DNA of 64,000 nucleotides from a virus (Duplodnaviria > Caudoviricetes). Positions 39,626 through 49,079 of this stretch are shown here, piece by piece (positions within the stretch are counted from its first letter, which is position 1; each line of letters starts with the position of its first letter). Below the pieces are notes generated by a model, which saw only the letters and a program-made list of their open reading frames with translations, ran no database searches and was not told the DNA's origin. Location of the stretch: IMG/VR virus record IMGVR_UViG_3300005805_000001, positions 1 to 64,000 of that record; one strand, written 5' to 3'. Position numbers and translations under genes: made by a program.

Positions 39626-42600
39626 ATGGCTTTAAACTGTCCAAACAAATCATGGCCCGCCTATAAGGAGATGGAGGCCAAGCATGGCGAAGATGCGGCA
39701 TATGACGCGTTCAGGTTCAATGGTTATAAGATGTTCAACTCCGTACAGGAGGCTGAACTCTTGATAGCCAAGAAGAAAGCCTTTGACCTGAAATATGTAT
39801 CAGATATAAAGAAACGTGTAATCGAGGTCTTGCAATTCCAGATCAGCAGGTATCAGGGAAGACCTTCGGCTGCAAGCCGTGAATATGTGCAGAACATAAC
39901 CTCAATCATTGAGGAAATAAAGTCCAACAATGACCTTGTGGGAATCATGCGTCTTCTGGAATTGTCTTCTGAAAAAAGCAACGCGGTGTTTCAAAGAATC
40001 ACCGAAATACAACAGCAATACCCGAACGGGTTTGACAACCTTACACAAGAGGAAGTTGCACGTGTCGCTGAAACCATGCAGGAAATACGTGTGTTCATGA
40101 GTACCTATGACATCATAGATGAAATAGAGACGGTATTCCCTGACAACAGTCCTGTTATGCAAACCCTTTCAAACCTGAGGATGAACAGGAAAAACATCAT
40201 TCGCAGGTACAAGGACATGCATGAGGAGGTTCTTGCGTCATGGCTTGCCAGTCAGGTTGAACGTGTGAATAAGAACCTTTCTTCCGATGACCAGAAACAG
40301 TATTTCATTACCAAGACGAGGATCAAGGAACTTTTGAACAGTGCTGTAGCCGATATAAACGTAGTGGAAAAAATGCTTGGCACGCAAGCAAACTCAAAAG
40401 ATCCGCTTACAGGACTTATTGCCGCCCGTATAAAGGAAGAGTCTTTTGCAGTACGTCAGGAAAATGTCGATGTGACTGATACCCTTCTTGGTTTGTACAA
40501 AGCCACGGGAGGTTCAAACAATCCTGATGAATTCAATAAACAGTACATGAGAAGGGCACAGAACTTCGAGTTTGTACATAAGATGGAGAATGGGCAGTAT
40601 GTATATGACAAGGATGGAAAAGCCGTTGGTGAATGGAAATATGTACCAAGGTTGGCCATAATAACGGAATTCAACGAGGATCAATATGCAAAGGAACTGA
40701 AGGAATTTAAAGCTTCATTACCTCCCGGAGCTGAAGAAGCGGCAATACAAAGACGTATGAAAATGATACGTGACTGGAGAAAAGCCAATACACAATTGCG
40801 TCAGGATCCTTCACGTCTGATAGAGCAACGCCGTAAAAACCTTACACCCCTTGAATTTGACAGATGGTTTGCTGAAAACACGGTAAGGATTGAGATAAAA
40901 CATTACAGTAACGGGAGTACAAACATGGATTACCATGATCCCGCCACGATACACAGCACGTCAAAAGACGGAAAAAGTTTTGTGATTTACCGCGACATAT
41001 CGGAGTTCTACCGTCCTGCGGACAAGTACAGGAACAAGGATTTTGCAAGATTGATGGCAACTGATCCTTATTTCAGGGAACTGCATAATGCATACCAGGT
41101 TGCAAACCAGCGCGTGCATCCGTTGAAAAGGCTTAAGTATGGAATCATTCCACAAAAAAGGAAGAAGGGTTATGACAAGTACATAACGGGTAATGGTGAA
41201 ACAGTATGGACAAACATACGTGATGATTTCAATCATGCTACGAATGTCGAGACTTACGATACGGTATATGGACTTCAAAGTCCTGATGGAAAAGACCTTA
41301 ACAACATTCCGATTTATTTTACAGACCTCCTTGATGAAAGAGAATTGAGCACCGATCTTTTGGAGTCGGTACTTGATTATTACCAAATGGCCAATAATTT
41401 CAATTCAATGAGCAAGATTGAACCTTTCATTGAGATGGTATATGACGCCATAAAAGGTAATGAGATTGTGGATATAAAGCCAAGAAATGTCCAGACACTT
41501 ACAGCCAAAGGTGATGTTAAAAAAGACAGGAGTACAAAACGTCCCATCATGTCAAGGACACAGAATGTCAATGAGGCGTTGATTGAGTTTCTTGACAAGG
41601 TTGTATACGGTGAGTATGAGATTCAATCAATCATGCAAGTCGGTGAAAGAGAGATAAGTAAAAACAAGATTGCCGCAAATGTCATGAAGATGACATCCCT
41701 TAACGGCCTTGCCTTCAACATAAACTCGTTTTTCAACAACTCCCTGATAGGTAACTTTACCATGTTGATAGAATCGGTTGGCGGCAAGAATTTCAACCTT
41801 AAGAATTTCATAAGTGCGGAAAGTGTATTTTTCAAGGAACTTCCTTCCGTAATGAATGACGTTGCAAAAGGACATCCTACAAGCAAACTCGGTAAACTAG
41901 TCATAAGATATGATGCCATTCAAGGTGAGTTTGAGGATAACATGGGTAACAACATTTCAGGCAATGCCTTGAAAAGGACTTTCAGTACTGATGCGCTTTT
42001 CTTCCTTACCAAGGGTGCTGAATACCAGATCCAGGCTACCGGACTTATCGCCATGATGAAGAACCAAAAAGTAAAAACAAAAGGTGGAGCGGAGATATCC
42101 TTGTGGGATGCATATGACCAGAACGGTAACCTCAGGTCTGATGTATTGTGGTCAAAGGAACAACAGTTCCAATTTACACAACGTCTTCATGCTGTAAACA
42201 AAAGCATGCATGGTGTATATAATAATTTTGACAGTCCGACCTTGCAACGCAGATGGTATGGTAAACTGGCATTGCTTTTCAGGAAATGGATCTATAGTGG
42301 ATTCCAAAGAAGATGGTCAAGTGAGTTCCATAACATGGAAAACGGGGATGTTGAACAGGGATATTACAACCTGTTCTTTAGAAAATTATTGACGGATATC
42401 AAACAGGGACGTCTTGACATATTGCTGGGGTCAGGTTTAAGTCCCCGTCAAAGGGAGGCCCGTGCAAAGGCATTATCTGAAGTCCTTGTAATGACTGCAG
42501 CTTGGTTGCTGTACGCAGGATTAAAAGGTGATGATGACGATGAACCTAATTCCTGGTTACAGGATCAGGTTATCCTCCAATCAAGAAGACTTGCGGGGGA

Positions 42601-42874
42601 TTTCATGTTCTTTACTCCTGTAAATCCCATGGAGTGGATGCGTGTACTTAGGAGCCCAACCGTATCAATGACTTACATTGAAAAACTTTCCAGGTTCTTT
42701 ACACAATTGATATTCAATCCATTTGAACAATATGAACGTAAGACATCAGGTTATCAAAAAGGTGATTACAAACTGGAAAAAAGGTTTGATGACGTACTGC
42801 CTATCTATAACCAGATAATGAATGCGATGTATCCTGAAGACCAATTGTCGGTATACAAGAAAACCGGTGGTTAA
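39626..42874 (+). CDS. Large ejected virion protein, last gene of the RNAP block
   Basis: 1082 aa, helical, with a conserved-looking C-terminal region (HGVYN..D...LQRRWYGKLALLFRKW...GFQRRW) and a hydrophobic helix near the end. Confidence 0.65.
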   Translation: MALNCPNKSWPAYKEMEAKHGEDAAYDAFRFNGYKMFNSVQEAELLIAKKKAFDLKYVSDIKKRVIEVLQFQISRYQGRPSAASREYVQNITSIIEEIKSNNDLVGIMRLLELSSEKSNAVFQRITEIQQQYPNGFDNLTQEEVARVAETMQEIRVFMSTYDIIDEIETVFPDNSPVMQTLSNLRMNRKNIIRRYKDMHEEVLASWLASQVERVNKNLSSDDQKQYFITKTRIKELLNSAVADINVVEKMLGTQANSKDPLTGLIAARIKEESFAVRQENVDVTDTLLGLYKATGGSNNPDEFNKQYMRRAQNFEFVHKMENGQYVYDKDGKAVGEWKYVPRLAIITEFNEDQYAKELKEFKASLPPGAEEAAIQRRMKMIRDWRKANTQLRQDPSRLIEQRRKNLTPLEFDRWFAENTVRIEIKHYSNGSTNMDYHDPATIHSTSKDGKSFVIYRDISEFYRPADKYRNKDFARLMATDPYFRELHNAYQVANQRVHPLKRLKYGIIPQKRKKGYDKYITGNGETVWTNIRDDFNHATNVETYDTVYGLQSPDGKDLNNIPIYFTDLLDERELSTDLLESVLDYYQMANNFNSMSKIEPFIEMVYDAIKGNEIVDIKPRNVQTLTAKGDVKKDRSTKRPIMSRTQNVNEALIEFLDKVVYGEYEIQSIMQVGEREISKNKIAANVMKMTSLNGLAFNINSFFNNSLIGNFTMLIESVGGKNFNLKNFISAESVFFKELPSVMNDVAKGHPTSKLGKLVIRYDAIQGEFEDNMGNNISGNALKRTFSTDALFFLTKGAEYQIQATGLIAMMKNQKVKTKGGAEISLWDAYDQNGNLRSDVLWSKEQQFQFTQRLHAVNKSMHGVYNNFDSPTLQRRWYGKLALLFRKWIYSGFQRRWSSEFHNMENGDVEQGYYNLFFRKLLTDIKQGRLDILLGSGLSPRQREARAKALSEVLVMTAAWLLYAGLKGDDDDEPNSWLQDQVILQSRRLAGDFMFFTPVNPMEWMRVLRSPTVSMTYIEKLSRFFTQLIFNPFEQYERKTSGYQKGDYKLEKRFDDVLPIYNQIMNAMYPEDQLSVYKKTGG

Positions 42875-42880
42875 TGGTTT

Positions 42881-42918
42881 GAAAAAGGGGGGAATCAAAT
42901 CCCCCCTTTCTTTTTTTG
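42881..42918. terminator. Bidirectional Rho-independent terminator at the convergence of the two arms
   Basis: AAAGGGGGGA-ATCAAA-TCCCCCCTTT hairpin with an A-tract on the left and a T-tract on the right, between convergent genes. Confidence 0.85.
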
Positions 42919-43557
42919 CATCTTTTTAGAATAGTCCCTATAACCGGTACCCAAAAGGCTTTTGAGTTTCCTGGTGACTATGTAACTGGATATGCCCGTC
43001 TCGCGGGATATCCTGCTTATGCTTGTGCCTTTTTTCACATAATCAAGAAGTTTGCTGGAATCCTCCTGCCTTTTACCTTCTATTCCAAGGGATGTTATAA
43101 CCCTTGATATTGAACCGTCAAGTATTGACTGGCTGTTGGAGATCTTGAACTTATCATTTATCTCCTTGTAAGTATAACCCGCAAGCCTCATGTTGAACAT
43201 GGCGGCTTCCGTCTTGTCAAGTGCATTGACTGCTTTGGAAAGTTCCTGGTTGAACAGTTTAGGTTCCACAAGGGAATCATTATAGGAAGTGTCAAGTATG
43301 AACTCATCCACGTTTGTCTCCCGCATGCTCCTGTTAAGGTCCTTAAGTGTCCAGAACACAAGGTTTCTTATCACCTGTTCCAGTTTCTTTTCTTCGTAGT
43401 CTTTGAACTTTTCCTTGTAATGCACATATGAAATATAAGCATCATGCACTATGTCTTCAGCCTTGTAGCCTTTGACCATGAGCCATGGCATCCTGTACAA
43501 CAGGTTGCTTGCATATGTGTGCAGATCCTTGTAATTCCTTATGAATATGTCCATCAT
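42895..43557 (-). CDS. Sigma70/ECF-like sigma factor with an extra C-terminal HTH
   Basis: Region 2-like AEDIVHDAYISY, region 4-like LDKTEAAMFNMRLAGYTYKEINDKF, and an additional HTH (SISRISRETGISSYIVTRKL). Confidence 0.75.
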   Translation of the reverse strand: MMDIFIRNYKDLHTYASNLLYRMPWLMVKGYKAEDIVHDAYISYVHYKEKFKDYEEKKLEQVIRNLVFWTLKDLNRSMRETNVDEFILDTSYNDSLVEPKLFNQELSKAVNALDKTEAAMFNMRLAGYTYKEINDKFKISNSQSILDGSISRVITSLGIEGKRQEDSSKLLDYVKKGTSISRISRETGISSYIVTRKLKSLLGTGYRDYSKKMQKKKGGI

Positions 43558-43561
43558 AATT

Positions 43562-43593
43562 AAAAAGACACGGAATTACGGTCCCGTGTCTTT
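43562..43593 (-). terminator. Terminator-like hairpin immediately upstream of the sigma factor start
   Basis: AAAGACACGG/CCGTGTCTTT inverted repeat at 43564-43593, read on the - strand as a stem ending in TTTTT four nt before the ATG at 43557. Confidence 0.6.
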
Positions 43594-43596
43594 GAG

Positions 43597-44202
43597 TTAA
43601 GGAGCTTCCCACAAGCTCAGATCGAGATTTGTGGGGCTCTTGATTTTACAACTCTTCGTATAGGTCTCCTTCAGGAGATCCAACGCACTGGCAACTTCCG
43701 CCTCTTCGGGCAAAGCCACATCCAACTCCTCTTCCAATTGCCTTTTCTTTTCCAAATCCCTATACAACACCTTGTATACCTGGCTGCTGGGACCTAGGGC
43801 ATAGAACTTAAGTATCTTTCTTTTGAGTTCAATGCTTATTTGACTATAACGGGAATCCCGAAACTTATGGAAATCCTCAAGCCAATGAGCAGGAATGTCA
43901 AAATAGAATATGGTAGTGAACTTGTCTGGATCAAACATGCCCCTGAATTCAGGTAACTGTTTGAAATTGTTCTCCAACCGTGCGAAACTTCCGTCCATGT
44001 CCTGGTATTCATACAGCAGGAATATGGTATCCTTCTCTTCAGGCATCTCTTCACAAAACAGATAGGCGTTCAGCAGAAGATGTACCTGCATATAGATGGG
44101 ATCCAAGTCAAGCATGGGAGGAAGAAAGACGTAGGACTTGGTCCTTTCTTTGGGTTCAAAGCGTCTTTTCCTCATATCCCTTTTTATTGCAAAGTTAAAC
44201 AT
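43597..44202 (-). CDS. Hypothetical protein of the replication block
   Basis: 201-aa ORF with phage-typical codon usage, overlapping the neighbouring genes' ends. Confidence 0.7.
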   Translation of the reverse strand: MFNFAIKRDMRKRRFEPKERTKSYVFLPPMLDLDPIYMQVHLLLNAYLFCEEMPEEKDTIFLLYEYQDMDGSFARLENNFKQLPEFRGMFDPDKFTTIFYFDIPAHWLEDFHKFRDSRYSQISIELKRKILKFYALGPSSQVYKVLYRDLEKKRQLEEELDVALPEEAEVASALDLLKETYTKSCKIKSPTNLDLSLWEAP

Positions 44203-45179
44203 TCCAGGACAGGAATGTCCTGTTCATAAATCTTTCGTGGAAACTCCCATTGATCGGTACACATATGCCATGCAAGGTCAGTCAAATCATTGTCAATCTC
44301 TTGCATTCCCTTGGCTATGTAACTGGAGTCCACTTTGTAAATCACGGTCTTGTTACGGACCACATCGATGGGAACAACATACATCTCAACTTCAATTTCC
44401 CAATCAGGAAATTTCTGTTTTGCCCATTCGTGTATGGCCAGATAGTAAAAGGCAAACTGCCTGTACGTCCTCCAATACTCAAATGAATCGACGTATTTGT
44501 GCACAGGTTTCTGACTGTCTGTCTTGTAGTCAAAATACTTGATTTCCAACTTGTCCTTTCCGGTATGGATGAACAGATGATCAAGCTTTGACTTCATAGG
44601 CAGGACAATGTCACAACCTTCAACCTGGATCATGGTTTCCCAATAGATCTCAAGCTCATTGTGCTCTTCCCAAAGACTCTTGTCTCCAAGGATCTTGGCC
44701 CAATACGGACTGTTGTTCACATTCTCAACATGCATTTTTGCAGAATCAAACATGAACTGTGACACGAGTTGGCGCTTATCCCTAAGTTCCTCAAGATACT
44801 TCTTAAAGGAAGTACTTTTATTAAAATTTTCAAGGACCTTGTCCCTGGAAATCTTGTATCCTGATTTAATGTAAGCTGCCTCATGGGCAATTTCATCAAC
44901 TTCAGGAAACGTGGCAAGTGTTTTTACGTATTCAAGCATCATCCCGGAAGGCATTTCTTCCGGGGCAACACTTGATACAAAATAACGGCATTCAAATTCA
45001 GAAGGTTCCAGAAGCATACAGTGAATGATCGATCCAAGCAGCATTGCATCACTTTCCTTCTTGTCCTGTAGTTCTTTGGTTATGTGCACCTTGTAGAAAT
45101 ACGAAGGGTCATAACTAAAGACAGACAGGCTCGAGTTACTGATTGACAGATTTTCGTAATAAGTCATCCTGTTTTTCAA
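44184..45179 (-). CDS. PD-(D/E)XK exonuclease (RecE/ExoVIII-like)
   Basis: N-terminal LSISNSSL...AMLLGSIIHCMLLEP, catalytic E...KSKLD...DYKT, and Y.RQ.AFY. Confidence 0.8.
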   Translation of the reverse strand: MKNRMTYYENLSISNSSLSVFSYDPSYFYKVHITKELQDKKESDAMLLGSIIHCMLLEPSEFECRYFVSSVAPEEMPSGMMLEYVKTLATFPEVDEIAHEAAYIKSGYKISRDKVLENFNKSTSFKKYLEELRDKRQLVSQFMFDSAKMHVENVNNSPYWAKILGDKSLWEEHNELEIYWETMIQVEGCDIVLPMKSKLDHLFIHTGKDKLEIKYFDYKTDSQKPVHKYVDSFEYWRTYRQFAFYYLAIHEWAKQKFPDWEIEVEMYVVPIDVVRNKTVIYKVDSSYIAKGMQEIDNDLTDLAWHMCTDQWEFPRKIYEQDIPVLECLTLQ

Positions 45180-45516
45180 GTGTTAAATCAATAATCTGCA
45201 TGAGTTCATACCATGCTTCATACATCAAATTCAATTGGTCAACACGCGCATTGTGGATGCTATGCTCGTCAGGACCTATGTGTTGGTTGATCTCATACTG
45301 CAGATCATCTATGGAGTCATCCATGCAACGTCTCACGACGTCAGCTTTACCCATTTCCAGGTTCTCCATGATCTTGGCAAATTCAGGGGAGTATTGATAT
45401 GCTTCAGAGCACCTTCTCTTAAACTCCCGTTCAAAGGATATTATCATCTCATTTAGGATTAATGACCTTGGCGTCCGACTTAAGCACATGCATATGCATG
45501 AATTTGTCAAACTCAT
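45136..45516 (-). CDS. Hypothetical protein
   Basis: Acidic helical ORF between the resolvase and the nuclease. The true start is probably near 45447 (MIISFE). Confidence 0.55.
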   Translation of the reverse strand: MSLTNSCICMCLSRTPRSLILNEMIISFEREFKRRCSEAYQYSPEFAKIMENLEMGKADVVRRCMDDSIDDLQYEINQHIGPDEHSIHNARVDQLNLMYEAWYELMQIIDLTLEKQDDLLRKSVNQ

Positions 45517-45880
45517 CCAAGGTCATGATGACATTGGTTTTTTTGTTTCTCTTATGGAAGATCACGATTGGATACTCACCGCGTTCAGGGACAAGCTTTG
45601 CAATCTCTTCGGTTATCTCCTCTGTAAGTTTATGGTAGTCTATCTTTGCCTCGACAGCCTTGCATTGCACGTTGAAGGGTACATTGCATACATCTATCTT
45701 TGCGGCATCCATAAGCCTGCTTCCAAGCCGTGTTGTCATGGCTTTGGAATATCCCAGGCTTTTAAGGTAATTGACTATCGTCCTTTCAAAGTTATGACCC
45801 TTGGTCCTGGCTTTCCTGCCACTGTTGGAAGGTCGTGATCTCACCACCTTCTTGGACTTTCTCTCTTTTCGTGATTCCAT
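45449..45880 (-). CDS. Holliday junction resolvase (PD-(D/E)XK, Hjc-like)
   Basis: RTKGHNFERTIV..L, D..KID, VQCK, and PIVIFHKRN motifs. Confidence 0.75.
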   Translation of the reverse strand: MESRKERKSKKVVRSRPSNSGRKARTKGHNFERTIVNYLKSLGYSKAMTTRLGSRLMDAAKIDVCNVPFNVQCKAVEAKIDYHKLTEEITEEIAKLVPERGEYPIVIFHKRNKKTNVIMTLDEFDKFMHMHVLKSDAKVINPK

Positions 45881-46856
45881 TTATCAAATGGTTTAACAAT
45901 TCACGGGTTTTCTGTTGGCCATACATCCGATAATAATCGGATATGTCCTTCGTACCGGAATCCCCGGGGACAAATATAGGCATGAAATCATATAATGTGG
46001 AGAACTTTTCTCCGTATTTCATACCGGTAATATCATTGTCCCATAACAAGTATATCTGCTGAAATCTTTTTTTGTAGTCTTCTATAGTGGCTTCAGGAAT
46101 GAACACAGATTCACTTTGTGATGCTATTGAATTGAATCCCAATGTCTTGAGTAACAACACATCCTTGTATGATTTGGTTATAATCAGGATATCCCCTGTC
46201 TTGGCAAGGAATTCATCACCTTGTACATTACAGGTCTTGGCATTGGTGACCCACTTGAACCTTTTTGCAAAAGGTCTATAGATCTTACGTATGCCTTTGC
46301 CAAACTCTATGCTGTAGGCAGGGTCATAAGGTGTATACCAATACACCAGGTTGTCATTCACCCAGTAATTCTGCAGTGGAACTATCTTATGGTTCTGCAG
46401 AAAGTCTGTCTTCAATCCAAACTGGCCCCAATACTTTTCATCGGCCTTGTTCCATGCGCGTTTCTTGACTGGAAGCTTTGTTTCTTCCCTGATCTCAATC
46501 CGGTCATCCGAAGGAATGCCTATGTATTCCATGGTAGGTCTTTCAAACATCGGTTTGCTTGATAACCCCAGATTAAAATCATTGTCTACGACACGCAATG
46601 CCTCTATGAACGTGAGTCCATAGATTGACTGCAGGAATTGCCAAATGTTGTACGTACCCAGTTGAAAATCCTTCAACAGTATTCTTCCGTCAGTGGCCAC
46701 AAACAGGGAGGCGGAAGGATTCTCATCCTTGCGCAACGGGCTTTTGAAACTCCGTTTCAATTGCACTCCAGGTATGTAATAACGCCACAGGTCCCATTCT
46801 GAAACCTTCTTGGTTATTGCTTCTATGCTGAGTTCTTTGGGTTGATCGCCGTACAT
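45792..46856 (-). CDS. DNA primase (DnaG-like, crAss type)
   Basis: SPLRKDENPSAS and KDF in the N-domain, TOPRIM IITKSYKDV, WDNDITG, and KDISDY. Confidence 0.85.
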   Translation of the reverse strand: MYGDQPKELSIEAITKKVSEWDLWRYYIPGVQLKRSFKSPLRKDENPSASLFVATDGRILLKDFQLGTYNIWQFLQSIYGLTFIEALRVVDNDFNLGLSSKPMFERPTMEYIGIPSDDRIEIREETKLPVKKRAWNKADEKYWGQFGLKTDFLQNHKIVPLQNYWVNDNLVYWYTPYDPAYSIEFGKGIRKIYRPFAKRFKWVTNAKTCNVQGDEFLAKTGDILIITKSYKDVLLLKTLGFNSIASQSESVFIPEATIEDYKKRFQQIYLLWDNDITGMKYGEKFSTLYDFMPIFVPGDSGTKDISDYYRMYGQQKTRELLNHLINGITKREKVQEGGEITTFQQWQESQDQGS

Positions 46857-46874
46857 CTGATTGGTATTGATGTA

Positions 46875-46899
46875 AAAGGGGAAGGTGTTACCCTTCCCC
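46875..46899 (-). terminator. Rho-independent terminator after the SSB gene
   Basis: GGGGAAGG/CCTTCCCC inverted repeat, followed on the - strand by TTTT. Confidence 0.65.
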
Positions 46900-46922
46900 C
46901 CTTACAAACATTAACCGGTTTT

Positions 46923-47471
46923 TTAGAATGGCAGATCATTACCGGCCATAACATCCACATCCAAGTCAGCCTTGGGTGTTTCAGGACGTACAAGACGGTC
47001 CTGGATGTATTTGCTCAATACGAGCTTGGTCGGTGTTACGGACATTGGCTCGATGAAATTGGGATAACGCGGTACAGTCACATATCCCTTGTTGTTATAA
47101 TGGAAGATCATACGGAATTTACCTGCGGTCTTACCGTTGATCAACGCGTTAACGCGGTTAAAGAAGTCAGGAAAACTTGTTGACCCTGCAACTGCAGCAT
47201 CATACTCAGCTTCCGTTACAAGTTTTGTACAGATGTGCTTCACACGACGGTTGGTACCATCGATGGATTGTGCATCATCATTCTTCCACTCTTTGTGCGT
47301 CACGTCGGATCCATTGCCTTGGCTGAATGTGATACTAGCCACCGAGTTGTCCTCGTTCAATTCAAATCCTGTCTTAATCTCGCAATTCTCCACAATACCC
47401 ACTCCTGGGATTACGCGGTTCTCATCAGCATTAATAGCTTTTCCATCTGAAGTTAACTTACTTCCGTACAT
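46923..47471 (-). CDS. Putative single-stranded DNA-binding protein
   Basis: 182 aa, beta-rich, with an acidic tail ending DLPF. Located between RecT and primase. Confidence 0.6.
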   Translation of the reverse strand: MYGSKLTSDGKAINADENRVIPGVGIVENCEIKTGFELNEDNSVASITFSQGNGSDVTHKEWKNDDAQSIDGTNRRVKHICTKLVTEAEYDAAVAGSTSFPDFFNRVNALINGKTAGKFRMIFHYNNKGYVTVPRYPNFIEPMSVTPTKLVLSKYIQDRLVRPETPKADLDVDVMAGNDLPF

Positions 47472-47494
47472 AGTTGATTGGTTTTAAAGGTTAA

Positions 47495-48073
47495 TTACTT
47501 AATTGTCACATCACCCTCTTCGTTAATCACGACATTCGATGCGTTGGGTGTAACATCGGTCATTTCCTCCACGGTATACAAACCGAGGATCTTGTCAGGC
47601 GCTATACGCTGAGCGCCAAGGGCCAAAGCCCTAGCATACAACATGTGTCTGGGCATCTTGACCCAGTTGTCCTTGCTGGTCCAGCCAGCACGAACCGCGT
47701 CAGACCACTTGAAGGAAGCCCTGTCCACGATGTTTCCACGATAGAATTCTATTGTAGTCACATAATCGGACTTTCCATTATCCTCGATCTTCTCGAAGTC
47801 CTGTATGGTCTTGTACTGTATTCCATTGGCCCACAGCAAAGCGCCAAGACCTTTGGAACTCAAGGCAAGTCTGCCTTGGATATTGTAAATCTGATGAAAC
47901 GCCTGCATGGGTTTCATCCCCAAGTCCTTGCCAAACTGAGCAATAGTGAATGCCTGCTCAATTGTCTTGATGTTCGACGGCAATGACTTTGAATCAATAA
48001 GAATCTGCAACTGCTCCATCTCATTTTGTGGAACGGTTGGAAGTTGTTTTTCAACCTTGGCTAATTCTGACAT
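47495..48073 (-). CDS. recT: RecT/Redbeta-like single-strand annealing protein
   Basis: GKDLGMKPMQAFHQIYNIQGR, W..MPRHML.ARAL...AQ...PD...GLYTVEEM. Confidence 0.75.
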   Translation of the reverse strand: MSELAKVEKQLPTVPQNEMEQLQILIDSKSLPSNIKTIEQAFTIAQFGKDLGMKPMQAFHQIYNIQGRLALSSKGLGALLWANGIQYKTIQDFEKIEDNGKSDYVTTIEFYRGNIVDRASFKWSDAVRAGWTSKDNWVKMPRHMLYARALALGAQRIAPDKILGLYTVEEMTDVTPNASNVVINEEGDVTIK

Positions 48074-48327
48074 CAGGCCTCCTCTGTTTGTAAGTTTCCT
48101 TGTGCAGCAACAATCTTTTCAAAGATTTCCGTGCGTAACGCTGCGTATTCAGCAAGGTTCAAAGTCTTATCAGACTCAATCACCAAGCGTGTTGCAATGT
48201 ATTGCAAAGCCTCATTCAATGAATTGACCTTTGCAATTGTCTGTCCATTCGGACCTTCCACTTTCAGGCCCTGGAAATCTTCCAGAACCGAGTACCCTCC
48301 AAGGGCCTCATCCACGATTTTAACCAT
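48073..48327 (-). CDS. Hypothetical protein
   Basis: 84-aa ORF tightly coupled to its neighbours. Confidence 0.6.
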   Translation of the reverse strand: MVKIVDEALGGYSVLEDFQGLKVEGPNGQTIAKVNSLNEALQYIATRLVIESDKTLNLAEYAALRTEIFEKIVAAQGNLQTEEA

Positions 48328-48328
48328 T

Positions 48329-48622
48329 CTATTTATTATTTAATTTGTTAGCAATCTGTAAGTGTATCAGATACCCGATAAGGTCATCCACGGTATCCTC
48401 AGTCTTGTCATTCAATCCAACCTGTTTTATCCTGTTGAGCTTGTCGTTTATCCGCGCCTTTATTCCAGTCGCGGCATCCATGTCAAACAGGATTGGTTGG
48501 ATATGCAATGAATCGTTGTAATCCCTGTTCTTTTTCAAGAGCAAGGCTTTCAAACGGTCACATTCGAACTCTATGAGTTCATTTGTTGTTTTTTGTTTTG
48601 AAACTTTCTTTGACTTTGTCAT
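48329..48622 (-). CDS. DUF1599 / nucleotide-modification-associated domain 1 protein
   Basis: LLLKKNRDYNDS...ARINDKLNRI...EDTVDDLIGY pattern. Confidence 0.75.
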   Translation of the reverse strand: MTKSKKVSKQKTTNELIEFECDRLKALLLKKNRDYNDSLHIQPILFDMDAATGIKARINDKLNRIKQVGLNDKTEDTVDDLIGYLIHLQIANKLNNK

Positions 48623-49079
48623 AAGGGAGCGTCGTTATGGTTGACATGTACAAAGATAACAAATCAACATTCTTGGAGTACATCAACATCAAACCTTTTT
48701 CATCCAACGTAACCACTTTACAGAGTATCATGTAATACGTATCCTTTGGATTGTCAAGTGCATTGCTTACAAAGAATAACGCCTTGTCAAAGGATTCCTC
48801 GGGTTTGTTCAACGAAGCAAGTACTTCATCCTTGAGTTTGGATGGAAACCCGTTAAGGAAATCAAGTATGTTGTCAATGTCATGTTCAACATTTACCATG
48901 TCATCAACACTGAACTCAAGCGTATCATATTCCTCCTCGATTAGTACAGGAGGTTTTTTGACACGCGGTCTCTTGGTTTTCTTACTTGGCTTTCTTGTTC
49001 GTGGCTTCGATGCCTTTGTAGTGCTCTTCCTTGATTTCTCCGGGAAGAGGAAGTTCTTTAAAAAAGTTAACAGCCCCAT
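48579..49079 (-). CDS. Hypothetical protein
   Basis: 166 aa with an amphipathic N-terminus, a Lys/Arg-rich segment and an acidic segment. It overlaps both neighbours. Confidence 0.5.
   Translation of the reverse strand: MGLLTFLKNFLFPEKSRKSTTKASKPRTRKPSKKTKRPRVKKPPVLIEEEYDTLEFSVDDMVNVEHDIDNILDFLNGFPSKLKDEVLASLNKPEESFDKALFFVSNALDNPKDTYYMILCKVVTLDEKGLMLMYSKNVDLLSLYMSTITTLPYDKVKESFKTKNNK
48651..48658 (-). promoter_or_regulatory. Possible Bacteroidota -7 promoter element
   Basis: TATCTTTG (TAnnTTTG) on the - strand, 28 nt upstream of the DUF1599 start. No clear -33 element was seen. Confidence 0.4.

Noticed and set aside
26776-42392. Many 60-200 aa antisense ORFs under the giant genes
   Set aside because: These are shadow ORFs expected from codon bias on the opposite strand. 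They have no motifs or plausible start contexts.
44138-44542. 134-aa + strand ORF opposite the nuclease gene
   Set aside because: It is fully antisense to a well-supported gene, has atypical composition and shows no recognisable features.
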